Shown: positions 1 through 10,325, counted from the first letter of the stretch. The stretch: 64,000 nucleotides of DNA from Chloroflexota bacterium (GCA_965219705.1 OZ244789.1:1526718-1590717); one strand, 5' to 3'. Notes: generated from the sequence alone by a model not told the origin. Made by a program: numbers and translations.

Positions 1-333
1 CAACGCGCGCGCCGCCGCCAGCGCATCCTGCCCATCACTCTTGTCCCGGCGCCCGCTCCGCCGCCGCTCCCGCGCCGTCACCCAGCCCGGCACCTCGTGC
101 ACCGGCTCGCCCGCTTGCTGCAGCCGCCGCGTCAACACCCGCCCATGGCCGCTGGCCCCTTCCACCGCCCAGGCCCGCGCGCCCGGCGCGGCCGCCGCCC
201 ACTGCTGCAACCGCGCCTGTCCGGCGCCCGTGTTGGGCACCGTCCGCTCGCCCTGCGGGCGCCCGATGGCATCCACCCGCACCGCCGTCAGCGTCGCCGC
301 ATGACAATCCACCCCCACGATCCACCGCTCCAT
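1..333 (-). CDS. IS110-family DEDD recombinase/transposase, N-terminal part (continues beyond the window start)
   Basis: Manual translation from ATG 333: MERWIVGVDCHAATLTAVRVDAIG...WAVEGASGHG...RRDKSDGQDALAAARAL, showing the GVD-x-H, VE-G and KSD-xx-DA motifs of the IS110 RuvC-like domain. AAGGAGG RBS upstream. Not in the ORF track. Confidence 0.93.
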   Translation of the reverse strand, partial: MERWIVGVDCHAATLTAVRVDAIGRPQGERTVPNTGAGQARLQQWAAAAPGARAWAVEGASGHGRVLTRRLQQAGEPVHEVPGWVTARERRRSGRRDKSDGQDALAAARAL

Positions 334-344
334 CCCGTCCTCCT

Positions 345-545
345 TCGCGGTACGCTCAGTTGGCGGCGTGGGGGACGATCCTGTGTGGAGTGGCCGTTGC
401 GCCACGATCTCCTATCAAGTCACCCCCGCCGCCCTGAGCACTGGCCGGCGGGGGGACGCTTCGAGCGCCAGGCCTGCCTCACGGCAGCCACGGAATGACC
501 GAGTCACCCCCGCCGGGTGCTCGGGACTCTACCGAGTCCCGCCCG
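345..545 (-). ncRNA. Putative IS110 bridge RNA (5' hairpin, target-binding loop, donor-binding loop)
   Basis: Hairpin GGGACTC-GGTA-GAGTCCC (523-540), then two similar stem/internal-loop/hairpin units (CCGGCGGGGG...CCCCCCGCCGG and GGCGGCGGGGG...CCCCCACGCCGCC) whose loop strands match the flank and the element end. Boundaries approximate. Confidence 0.8.
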
Positions 546-3500
546 CAGTCTGGACACACAGGAATGACGCGAAGAGGCGCGGCCAGCATGACGGTGAGCG
601 CGACGACGACCCAGAAGGTGGCCGCCAACTCGGGCAGGAAGAGGCTGCTATCGACCATGCCGTGCACGAGCGTCGCCAGCATCGCGCCGCCCAGGCCGTA
701 GACGAGCGCCTGGTTGCCGGGCGCGCTGCGACGCAGGGCCCTGTGCCAGGTGCGGGCGTAGACGGCCAGCACCGCGGCCACCGCGACCAGACCGGGAATG
801 CCCAGCGTGAGCCAGGTGTCGAGGGCGATGTTGTGCGCGTGGGAGATGTTGGGCTCCGCCCAGGCTTCGGGTCGGATGTAGTCCGGGTAGTGGTAGAGGA
901 AGTTGTCCGGGCCCACGCCGAGGATCGGGTTGTCGGTGAGCATGCGCCAGGCGGAGTCCCAGAGCAGCGGCCGCGCCGCCGTGGCGGCGTCGGACGGGCG
1001 CATGAGTTGCGCGAGTTGGTCGCCGCTGGTGGTGACGATGGCCGCCAATAGCCCGGCCGCCACCAGGCCCGCCGCGAGCAGCGGCGCTGAGGCACGCATG
1101 CGACGGAGGACGGGGCCTGGATTCCGGCTTCCGCCGGAATGACGGATGGTGCTGTGCCGCCAGATGGGGACCAGCGCCACCGCCAGGCCGGCCAGCGCGC
1201 CGATCCAGGCGCCGCGGCTGAACGTCAGCACTAGGACGGCAACGAGCAGCGCCGCCGCCGCCCACGCGGTTGTGCGCAGCCGCGGTCGCGACGAGGCGGC
1301 TAGTGCCAGGCCGACCGCCACGGGCAGGGCGCGCTCGAGAATGAGCGCCAAGTTGTTGGGCGAGCCGAACAGGCCGCGCAGCCGCGGCGGACCGGCATCG
1401 GTGACGACGGCCCCTGCCGGGATGAGCAGGAGTGCCATGGCCGCCGAGACCACGGCCCCGAGCACGAGCGCGACGCCGAGGCGCTGCGCCATGGCGCGAT
1501 CGCGCGCCACGCTGAGCAGGACCAGGAACAGCAGCGCCGGCTCGACGATGACCGTGCGCAGATCCCGCCAGGCGACTCTGGGGAAGTCCGCCGCCACCGT
1601 GGCGGCAATGCCCGCGCCGATGACGGCGAGCGGAAGCCAGAGCCACCAGCCCCGGACCGGCGGCCAACGGCGCTGCGACAGGGCGCGTGCGGCCCAGGCG
1701 ATGATCAGTACGACAATCAGCGTCTCGCCGACCGGCCGGTCGTAGATGCCGGTGCGCGCGATCACGCCGACGAACGGGATCGCGGCGACCGCAACGATGG
1801 CCACGTGGCGCGGCCGCGCCAGTGCCAGGGCACCCAGGGCTGCCGCCAACACCAGCCGCGCCAGCGTCCAGGCGGACGTTGGCGCGCCGTCCGGCAGCAG
1901 CACGAACACCGCGGCCAGGGCGCCGGCGACAACCTCGCCCGCATATAGGCCGGCTGGGAGCCGCAGGTCCAGCGCCGTCGTCGGTGGCGCCCGTGCGGCA
2001 ATGGCCCGCACGGCGCGACCGCCGACCGCCCACACGAGCGCCGCCAGCGCCAGCGCCCAGGTGGCGGCAACCGCGGCGTAGGGCCAGAGCGGCCGCCCAT
2101 TGCCCACCAGTGCGCCGTCGACGATCACCAGCCCACCCGACGACCCCGGGTCGCGCTCGGCCATCACCGTCAGCTCGAGCACGTGCGGGCCGTTGGAGAG
2201 CCCGCGGGCGATGGGGATGCGCGCCAGGCGCTGGACCTCGGGCGCGTAGAGATTCAGGATCGCCTCGCCGGCGGCGTTGCGCGGCAGGGCGTCGGCCAGA
2301 GCGCTGTGGCCGTCGATATGTATCCGCGCCTGTCCCATGTCGGGACCGCGCCGCGTCAGCAAACCGACTGAATCGCCTTCGAACCGCAACTCCAGCCGGG
2401 CATCGGGCTGCCCGGTCTGGCGGTGAAGCCCCAGTGACGCCCAGTCGCTGGGCAGTCTCGGCCAAGGTCCGTCGAAGCTGAAGGCGGCGTGCGTTTCCTG
2501 GTGCAAGCCCACGCCGGCCGTCGCGAGACCCGCCTGCGCCTCTTGCAGTGCCAGCAGCGGCGCGCGCGGCGTCAGATCCTTGTTGAGCAGCCCGAAGAAC
2601 GGCGTCGGGTCGTCGGGATGGGTGTCATGCGGCCAGCGCGAGGCCCAGATGATGATGGTGGGCAGCCAGGGCCACTGCTCCCGCGCCCGCCGGATGCCGT
2701 CCACGGTCCACGCCGCCTGGTCGGCCGCCGAGTGATTGCCCCAGATGCCCTGGTTGCCCTCCCAGCCGGGGGGCAACGACATCCAGCCGTACTCCGAGGC
2801 CCAGATCGGCGTGCCGGCGTCGCCGTGGGCCTCCATGATCTCGCGCCAGAGCACGGCGCGGGGCAAGTTCGTCCGCGCCGGGTCGATCCGCGGATCGCGC
2901 GGGCCGGTGAACAGGCCGTAGGACATGCTGGAGGCGATGTCGAACGCGCCCTTGGCGCCCAGTTGATAGAGCCGGTCCAGGAACAGCAGGTCGCTGAGGT
3001 TGTCGGGACCGGTTTCGATCGTCGGCGCCAGCCCCGCCAGCACGATCACCGCGTCGGGGTTGGCTTCTCGAACGGCCGTGCCGACCGCGCGCAGCATGTC
3101 GAGGTAGGCGGCGGGGTCCGGCGGCCGGCCACCCCATTCGCCGAACAGGTTGGGCTCGTTCCAGATCTGGAAATACCGCACCTTGCCGCGGTAACGCGCC
3201 GCCACCGCGGCGGCGAAGTCCGCAAAGTCGTTGAAGTCCGCGGGCGGCATCTGGATCGACGGGTTTGCCTGCGGGTCGAATCCGGGCGTGGCCCACGGCG
3301 GCGGGCGGTCGAGCCGGGCGAGCACCTCGATGCCGAAGCGATTCGCCAGGTTGACAATCCGGTCGTACTTGGCCCAGGCATCGGCGCCGCGGTTGTCGAT
3401 GTGCTCGCCCTTGGCGAGGGGTTCAATCTCGACCCACTGAATCTCTTGCCGAATGAGGCCAATACCGGCGTCGGCCAAGAGTTCCAGCTCGCGCTCGACC

Positions 3501-3706
3501 TTCGCCGGATCCGCCTCGCGATGGAGGAAGGTGTTGGCGCCGATCGCCGGTGCGTCCGCGTGATGCAGTTCCGGTAGCGCGGCGAGGCCAAAGGTCGCGC
3601 CGCGCTCGGTGAGGACGGCCCATCCAAGGAGACCGGCCGTGACCACGCCAACTACCGCGAGGACGAGGACGGCGAGGGCGATCCGCCAACTACGCCGGCG
3701 CCGCAT
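479..3706 (-). CDS. Membrane protein: clan GH-A glycoside hydrolase (GH5/GH39-like) fused to an O-antigen ligase-like domain
   Basis: WNEPN and SEYGW catalytic-type motifs; multi-TM C-terminal part with GSPNNLA, TFSRGAW, GVGPDNF and HAHN motifs. The last ~27 codons read into the IS110 end. Confidence 0.85.
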   Translation of the reverse strand: MRRRRSWRIALAVLVLAVVGVVTAGLLGWAVLTERGATFGLAALPELHHADAPAIGANTFLHREADPAKVERELELLADAGIGLIRQEIQWVEIEPLAKGEHIDNRGADAWAKYDRIVNLANRFGIEVLARLDRPPPWATPGFDPQANPSIQMPPADFNDFADFAAAVAARYRGKVRYFQIWNEPNLFGEWGGRPPDPAAYLDMLRAVGTAVREANPDAVIVLAGLAPTIETGPDNLSDLLFLDRLYQLGAKGAFDIASSMSYGLFTGPRDPRIDPARTNLPRAVLWREIMEAHGDAGTPIWASEYGWMSLPPGWEGNQGIWGNHSAADQAAWTVDGIRRAREQWPWLPTIIIWASRWPHDTHPDDPTPFFGLLNKDLTPRAPLLALQEAQAGLATAGVGLHQETHAAFSFDGPWPRLPSDWASLGLHRQTGQPDARLELRFEGDSVGLLTRRGPDMGQARIHIDGHSALADALPRNAAGEAILNLYAPEVQRLARIPIARGLSNGPHVLELTVMAERDPGSSGGLVIVDGALVGNGRPLWPYAAVAATWALALAALVWAVGGRAVRAIAARAPPTTALDLRLPAGLYAGEVVAGALAAVFVLLPDGAPTSAWTLARLVLAAALGALALARPRHVAIVAVAAIPFVGVIARTGIYDRPVGETLIVVLIIAWAARALSQRRWPPVRGWWLWLPLAVIGAGIAATVAADFPRVAWRDLRTVIVEPALLFLVLLSVARDRAMAQRLGVALVLGAVVSAAMALLLIPAGAVVTDAGPPRLRGLFGSPNNLALILERALPVAVGLALAASSRPRLRTTAWAAAALLVAVLVLTFSRGAWIGALAGLAVALVPIWRHSTIRHSGGSRNPGPVLRRMRASAPLLAAGLVAAGLLAAIVTTSGDQLAQLMRPSDAATAARPLLWDSAWRMLTDNPILGVGPDNFLYHYPDYIRPEAWAEPNISHAHNIALDTWLTLGIPGLVAVAAVLAVYARTWHRALRRSAPGNQALVYGLGGAMLATLVHGMVDSSLFLPELAATFWVVVALTVMLAAPLRVIPVCPDCGRDSVESRAPGGGDSVIPWLP
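1117..1145 (-). repeat. GTCATTCC-type REP palindrome inside the coding frame
   Basis: CCGTCATTCCGGCGGAAGCCGGAATCCAG, hairpin ATTCCGGC-GGAA-GCCGGAAT, translated as RHSGGSRNP. Confidence 0.8.
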
Positions 3707-3731
3707 CAGTGACCCGGCATCGGCACCGGCG

Positions 3732-4889
3732 CTAGAGGTCCGACTGGCCGGTGGCCGCCTGTTGCACGGCGCGGTACACCGGTCGCGGCGTGAAGTCCGG
3801 GTCGACCATGCGGAAGTAGTAGGAGGCGTCGTCAGGCCCGAGCGCCGCGAAGGACCGTCGGAAGAACCAGATGCCGAAGACGCCGATCCAGGGCCATTCG
3901 CGCAGGCCGTAGCGGACGCCGTCGACGGTCCAGGCGGCCTGCTGCGACTCCTCGACGCGGCGCCAGGTGGCCTGCGAAGCCTCGAGGTCGGGCGGCGCGG
4001 CGTTCCAGCCGTAGGCGCTCAGCCAGATGGGAGCATCGCTGCGGCCGTATTCCACCATGAGGTTGCGAAGCAACTCGACGCGGCGGAAGTTGAGCACGCG
4101 CGGGTCCGCCGGCGTGTTCGGGGGGTATTGCATGCCGAAGGCCGCCGCCGCCTGAACGTCCAGCGCCTCCGCGGCGCCATGATCGTAGGCCTGCCGGAGA
4201 TAGGCGAGGTCGCTGATCGCCCGCGGATTGTTTTCCAGCGTGGGCGCCAGTTGCGCGCCGGCGACGACGAGCCGGTCATCGACCGACTTCAGCGCGTCGT
4301 ACGCCACGCGCAGCAACTCGGCATAGGCCGCGGGGTCCGGCGCCGCGCCCCCCCAGTTGGCCGCCAGGTTGGGCTCGTGCCAGATCTGGTAGTGCTGGAC
4401 GCGGTCCTCGTAGCGCTCGGCGAGGGTGCGCAGGAAGGCGGCGAAGTCGGCCAGGTCCATGGGCGGAGCGGTTGGGCTGTCACGGCCGGGCCGGGCCCAC
4501 TGCGGCGAGCGCTCGATGCGGGCCACCACGGCGATGCCATGGTCCTGGGCGCGGTCGACGATGTCGTCGAACCGCTCCCAACTGCTCTCGCGTCGCTGGG
4601 GATTGACGAACAGATCTTGGCCGAGGGTCTCGACGGCGTCCCAGGCGATGCGTTGGTAGATCCAGCGGACGCCGGCGTTGCGCAACATCTCGAGGCTATG
4701 GCGGCGTTTCCAGCCCTCGTCTTCCAGGTCCAGGAAGACGTTGGCGCCCCAGGGCTCGACATTGGCCAGGGGCAGCGGGCTCGGCGCCGACCGGCGCACT
4801 GGCTCCGCGCCGCAGGCGGCCAGCAGGGCGGCGCCCATGAAACCGGCGGCGCCCCGCACGACGGAGCGACGGTCAAGTACGCCCGTCAT
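3732..4889 (-). CDS. Tat-exported lipoprotein glycoside hydrolase (GH5/GH39-like)
   Basis: Start MTGVLDRRSVVRG...LLAAC (twin-Arg plus lipobox), ATGA overlap with the upstream gene; QIWHEPN motif; paralogous to the GH domain of 479-3706. Confidence 0.8.
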   Translation of the reverse strand: MTGVLDRRSVVRGAAGFMGAALLAACGAEPVRRSAPSPLPLANVEPWGANVFLDLEDEGWKRRHSLEMLRNAGVRWIYQRIAWDAVETLGQDLFVNPQRRESSWERFDDIVDRAQDHGIAVVARIERSPQWARPGRDSPTAPPMDLADFAAFLRTLAERYEDRVQHYQIWHEPNLAANWGGAAPDPAAYAELLRVAYDALKSVDDRLVVAGAQLAPTLENNPRAISDLAYLRQAYDHGAAEALDVQAAAAFGMQYPPNTPADPRVLNFRRVELLRNLMVEYGRSDAPIWLSAYGWNAAPPDLEASQATWRRVEESQQAAWTVDGVRYGLREWPWIGVFGIWFFRRSFAALGPDDASYYFRMVDPDFTPRPVYRAVQQAATGQSDL

Positions 4890-5746
4890 GACTCGGGCTC
4901 GAGCCCCAGATGCACCAGACATTCCCGGCTGATCTGGGCACTGGCGGCCGGATCGCGCAGCGTGAGGTCCTGATCCACGACCAGCCATCCCTCGTATGCT
5001 CCGTCCCCGAGGATCTCCAGGATGCCTTCCACGTCCACGTGGCCGCCCCCGAGCTCGGGGAAGCCCCCCAGGTTCGCGAAGGCGGGCAGCGTGCCGCCCT
5101 GCGCCAGGTGGCGGTCGCGGAGGTCTGCGTCCACATCCTTGAGGGTGACATAGGCCACGCGCTCGATGCGGTCGCGGATGAAGGCGCGCGGATCGGTGCC
5201 CAGGTAGAACAAATAGCCAACGTCCACGGCCAGCATGAGCGACGTGGGGTCGGTGAGCGAGAGCAGGCGATCGATCTCGGCGCTGGTTTCGATGTGCGAC
5301 CCGAGTTGATTGCGAAACACGATCTGAAGCTCGAACTCGCGGGCGCAAATGTCGGTGGCGCGGGCGAGGCACTCCGCGAGATGGCCCCATTGGTCCGGCT
5401 GCAGTTCCTCGGCGGGATCGCCGCGCCCCGCCGCCGCCCAGCGCTCCGGCACCGCGTGGGCGGCCGCGACCACATAGGCGGCGTCGAGATTGGCCAGGAA
5501 CTCAGCCACGCGTCGGAGCTGATCCAACTCGACGTCGTGGTACTCGGGTGCGAACCAGTTGGCGGCGAACCGCCCGCCGATCAGCGGCAGGCCGACATCC
5601 GCGACGATGCGTCGGGCCAGCGGCCCGTCGCCGGCCAGGTCGCTCGCGCCGCCCTCGAGGCCGGCGTACCCGGCGTCGCGGGCTTCCTCGGCGACGGTGC
5701 GGAATGGTGCGTCACCCCACATGGTGGCTGCAATGCCTACGCGCAC
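4886..5746 (-). CDS. Sugar phosphate isomerase/epimerase TIM barrel (IolE-like)
   Basis: GYAGLE, DVGYL, LKDVD, ELGGG-VD and WLVVDQD pattern. Confidence 0.8.
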   Translation of the reverse strand: MRVGIAATMWGDAPFRTVAEEARDAGYAGLEGGASDLAGDGPLARRIVADVGLPLIGGRFAANWFAPEYHDVELDQLRRVAEFLANLDAAYVVAAAHAVPERWAAAGRGDPAEELQPDQWGHLAECLARATDICAREFELQIVFRNQLGSHIETSAEIDRLLSLTDPTSLMLAVDVGYLFYLGTDPRAFIRDRIERVAYVTLKDVDADLRDRHLAQGGTLPAFANLGGFPELGGGHVDVEGILEILGDGAYEGWLVVDQDLTLRDPAASAQISRECLVHLGLEPES

Positions 5747-5758
5747 GGCGTCGCGCGG

Positions 5759-6580
5759 CTAGGACGGGTCGTCGGGTTGACGCCCCGCGCGTCCGCTCAG
5801 CCGCTCCCCGGGCAGCGCCGTGAGACGCTCCCGCCGGGCGGGCGGGTCCGGCGGCTGCGGCGCCACCGGCGCTGGGGCGGGCGCTGGGGCGGGCGCTGGG
5901 TCGGGTGCTGGGGCGGGTGCTGGAGTGGGCTCTGGGGCCGGGGCGGGTGGGGGCTTTCGGGGCCGCGGCGGCGCCGCTCGACGCGGCAGGGTGTCCTCGT
6001 CAGGCCGATCCGGAACTGGCGCCCGGGCCGTTTCGCCGGGCGCGGCGCGGCGCGCCGTGGGCCGGCGGCGGTCGCGGCGGGGGCGCTCGCGCTGCACCAC
6101 ATCGGCGAGAAGGTCGTCGAGCTCCAGCGTCTCGTCGGCCGCGGCGGCCAACGGCTGGCTACGCCCCGCAGCGCTTGCGACAACCTGGACCCGCACTCCG
6201 CGGCGTTGCACGGCTTCGATCAGCGGCACGAAGTCTGGATCGGTCGTCACCAGCGTGAGACGGTCGATGTACGGCGTGAGGTCCAGCGCGTCGACGGTCA
6301 TCTCGACGTGAACGCTGGCGTACAACGTCCCGTCGTCCCGCCGCCGCAGTCGCTTGGTTACGAGCTTGTAGCCGGCCTGGGACATCCCGGCGAGGTCCGG
6401 GAGCGGCGTAGGTTGCCCCTCGTGCTCCGTGCCATAGGCCGTGGCGCGCACCAGCGAGGTGTCGTCGGTGAGCCGATCACGCAGCTGCTCGAAATCGATC
6501 TGCCCCCCGCCGTTCGCCGCGATGGCTTGGAGGGACGACAGATCGATCAAGACGGCAGATTTGTTTGCTGCGGCCACCAC
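5759..6580 (-). CDS. NYN (LabA/DUF88) domain protein with Pro-Ala-rich tail
   Basis: VLID, VHVEMTVDA, VTTDPDFVPL, GVRV and AADE pattern. Confidence 0.8.
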   Translation of the reverse strand: MVAAANKSAVLIDLSSLQAIAANGGGQIDFEQLRDRLTDDTSLVRATAYGTEHEGQPTPLPDLAGMSQAGYKLVTKRLRRRDDGTLYASVHVEMTVDALDLTPYIDRLTLVTTDPDFVPLIEAVQRRGVRVQVVASAAGRSQPLAAAADETLELDDLLADVVQRERPRRDRRRPTARRAAPGETARAPVPDRPDEDTLPRRAAPPRPRKPPPAPAPEPTPAPAPAPDPAPAPAPAPAPVAPQPPDPPARRERLTALPGERLSGRAGRQPDDPS

Positions 6581-6647
6581 ATACTCCCAGCGCGGACCCG
6601 AACCTGCCTAGATGATAGTGGACCGGGGGCGATGGGCCGTGGGCCGG

Positions 6648-7862
6648 TTAGCCCGCACGGGTGCCGCGGCGTCGCGGGCGTCCGGCGCGGAGCAGATCGC
6701 CGACAAAGATCCATCCGGCGACGCGGCCTCTGGCGTTCACGAAGTAATAGCCGCGCTGCCGCCGCTGGGCGTCGTCGAGCACGTCGTCGAGCGGCGTGTC
6801 CGGCTCCAGCACGTCGGCCGGGTCGATTTCGCGCGCGAGGTCGTCCATGCGCGTGGTCACCCGCAGGAACGGCGGCACCGTGGCGAGGTCGCGCGTGGTA
6901 ACCATGGCGTACACGTCGCCGGAGGCGTCCGCCACGGGCCAGACCAGGGCCGCGGTCTCGGTTCGGACGACGTGCTCGACGTCGGCGACAACCGCGTCGT
7001 GGGCGAACGGCGCCTGGCTGAACGCGCGCGTCACGTCACGCACCGTCATCGTGCTGAGCCGCCGCCGCCGCGCCGCCTCACGATACGCGCTGCGCGCGGC
7101 CGACCACAGGAACCAGCCGATGAACACCGCCCACAGCGCCTGCACGCCGCTGGCGCGGAACGCCACGAACTGCACCACGCCAAACAGGACGAGGAGGATG
7201 CCAAAGCCGGCGCCGGCCATGCTGGCCACGTGCGTGGCGGTATGGACGTTTTTCGTGACGCCCCAAACGACGGACCGCAGCACGCGGCCGCCGTCCAGCG
7301 GGAAGCCGGGCAGCAGGTTGAAGGCGGCCAGATAGAGATTGATCTCGCCGAGCCACTGCGCGGTGACGCGCGGCACGGTGGCCGCCGGCAGCGCCTGCGC
7401 CAGAGCCAGGAACGCGCCGCCGATCACGGCGCTGGCGAGCGGGCCGACGATGGCGATGGCGAACTCTTCGCTTGGGGCGCGCGGCTCTTGGGAGATCTCG
7501 GCCACGCCGCCGAAGACGAACAGTCTGATCCGGGGCACGGCGATGCCGCGGCGCACGGCCACCAGGGCGTGGGCCGCCTCATGGGCCAGAATCGAGACAA
7601 AGAAAACGACGCTGGCCAGCAGCCCGCCGGCCCAGTAGCTCGCCTGCGGTCCGGGCGGGGGCGGCGCGACCCCCGCGCTGCCGGCGGCCTCGAGCAGCCG
7701 CGAGGGAATGACGGAAAGCGAGGTCAGCCAGGCGATGATCACAAAGATGATCAGCCAGCTTGGGTCCAGCGAGATGGCGGTGCCCCCGATTCGCAGGATC
7801 GTCCAGCTCCGCGACTGGGCGGCGCGCGGCCCGGTTCCGCGCCGGGGCGAAGCCCCACCCAT
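6648..7862 (-). CDS. Site-2 protease (M50) with CBS-like C-terminus
   Basis: HEAAH zinc motif, AIVGP, FNLLPGFPLDGG. Confidence 0.93.
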   Translation of the reverse strand: MGGASPRRGTGPRAAQSRSWTILRIGGTAISLDPSWLIIFVIIAWLTSLSVIPSRLLEAAGSAGVAPPPPGPQASYWAGGLLASVVFFVSILAHEAAHALVAVRRGIAVPRIRLFVFGGVAEISQEPRAPSEEFAIAIVGPLASAVIGGAFLALAQALPAATVPRVTAQWLGEINLYLAAFNLLPGFPLDGGRVLRSVVWGVTKNVHTATHVASMAGAGFGILLVLFGVVQFVAFRASGVQALWAVFIGWFLWSAARSAYREAARRRRLSTMTVRDVTRAFSQAPFAHDAVVADVEHVVRTETAALVWPVADASGDVYAMVTTRDLATVPPFLRVTTRMDDLAREIDPADVLEPDTPLDDVLDDAQRRQRGYYFVNARGRVAGWIFVGDLLRAGRPRRRGTRAG

Positions 7863-7875
7863 GGGCGACGGGTTG

Positions 7876-8058
7876 TTAGTTCCCAGCGGTGAGCCCCGGC
7901 GTGATGATGAGCGAGGCCACCAGCAGGATCACGGCGATAACCGAAATCACGGCCCAGATGCGGGCAATGGTGAACCAGCGGCGCACCCGGCGCCACGGCC
8001 GCCACGACGATGCGGCCGGCGCTCGGCGCGGTCGGCGGCGGCGACGCCGACCGCTCAT
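7876..8058 (-). CDS. Small Arg-rich single-TM protein
   Basis: MSGRRRRRR...IWAVISVIAVILLVASLII; fills the gap in a co-oriented gene run. Confidence 0.55.
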   Translation of the reverse strand: MSGRRRRRRPRRAPAASSWRPWRRVRRWFTIARIWAVISVIAVILLVASLIITPGLTAGN

Positions 8059-8087
8059 CGCAGCGTTGGAGCGCGCGCCATGGCGAC

Positions 8088-8846
8088 TCAGCCGCTGCGG
8101 GCCGACGCGCCGGTACGGGCGCGGCCCGCTTTCGCGGGCGGGGCGCCCACGTGCACCGAGGTCAGGGCGCTGATGTCGTGCCACGCGTTGGCGGCCAGGC
8201 GCAGCTCTTCGGCAATCGCATCGGCGAACGAATACACCTCGACGCGCACGCCGTGCTCCCGCAGGTATTCCACCATCGGCACGTAGTCGCCGTCACCGGA
8301 CATGAGGGCCACGACGTCCATCGTCGGCAAGCGCCGAATCACGTCCACGACCAGGACCAGATCGAGGTCCGCCTTGCGGGTGCCGTCGGAAAAGACCTTG
8401 ATGGGCTTGGTGACGATGTCATAGCCCATGTCCCACACGGGGGCAACCGAGCGTTGGTGTTCGAGCCGGCCGTTGAAGTCGGCGTAGATCGGGCAATAAG
8501 CCCGCGCGTGGACGATGCGGCGGCCCTCGCTGACGTGGGCCAAGAGTTTGGCAAAGTCCACTCGAATCGGGTCGTCCGAGCCTCGATCCGTCAGGTTGGC
8601 CGTGTCCAGGAACACGCCCAGGCGCAGCTTGGGGCCATAGTCCGACGCACCATTGGGCGTGTGCAGGGCGCCGGCCGCCCGCACGAGGGCCTTGGCGGCG
8701 GTGGCAAGGTCCCGCTCGGCGGTGCGCGGCGCCGACACGGCGTCCTTCAACTCGTCCATCAGGGCACGCAGATCGTCTTCCGCGACCTGGCCCTCAGACG
8801 CGGGATCGGGCGCGAAGTCCTCGGGGATCGGTGACAGCCGTTTCAT
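8088..8846 (-). CDS. NYN (LabA/DUF88) domain protein
   Basis: VFLDTAN, KADLDL, MSGDGDYVPM, GVRVEV. Confidence 0.92.
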   Translation of the reverse strand: MKRLSPIPEDFAPDPASEGQVAEDDLRALMDELKDAVSAPRTAERDLATAAKALVRAAGALHTPNGASDYGPKLRLGVFLDTANLTDRGSDDPIRVDFAKLLAHVSEGRRIVHARAYCPIYADFNGRLEHQRSVAPVWDMGYDIVTKPIKVFSDGTRKADLDLVLVVDVIRRLPTMDVVALMSGDGDYVPMVEYLREHGVRVEVYSFADAIAEELRLAANAWHDISALTSVHVGAPPAKAGRARTGASARSG

Positions 8847-9374
8847 GATGCTTTCGTGGCCTTTCGTCGTCGCGGCGACGCCTTGGCTTGGCGTTTCTGG
8901 TCGAGCATTTCCTGGAGTTGCTTCTCGATGCCTTGCTGACGCGCCTCCTCGCGGTCCGCGGCCTTGCGGCGCCGCCTGGCAATGTCCCCGATCTCGCCGC
9001 CCGCCTCCAACGCATCCCAGAGGGCGTCGATGGCGTCGCTGTTCCCGCGGATCTTCAGATTCGATTCAAACGTCACGCCGATCATCTCTTGATCGAAGTC
9101 GTTGAGTTTCTTCTCCAGCGCGTCCAGCCGCGTGGTGAGCTGAAAGACGCGGGCGTCCAGGTCCTTGTCGTCGCGCTTGTAGGCGCGCTCGATCTGGACG
9201 ACCTGACGCCGCAGCTCGCCATAGTTCTCGAGCAGACCGTTGAGGTTGCGCGCGATCCGGCGATGGTGCGTCAGATGCGAGGGCAACTTGCCGTTGGCCC
9301 CGCCCGCGGGTTCGTCGGCGGACGCCTCGGCCGCGGCGGCCTCGCCTTCAGCGGGCGCTGGCGTGGTGGGTTTG

Positions 9375-10325
<951 letters not shown>

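Larger units (their letters stand above)
1..562 (-). mobile_element. IS110-family insertion sequence, left end plus truncated recombinase
   Basis: Recombinase plus about 230 bp of structured upstream non-coding region. The minus-strand junction GCGTCATTCC|TGTGTG at about 560-562 is matched by internal guide-like sequences. Confidence 0.85.

Noticed and set aside
548-557. GTCTGGACAC shared by the IS110 left end and the relic at about 45527
   Set aside because: A short match between unrelated element types, likely coincidental.
5870-5950. Tandem GC-rich 6/12-bp repeats
   Set aside because: They encode a Pro-Ala linker; there are no unique spacers or cas genes, so not CRISPR.
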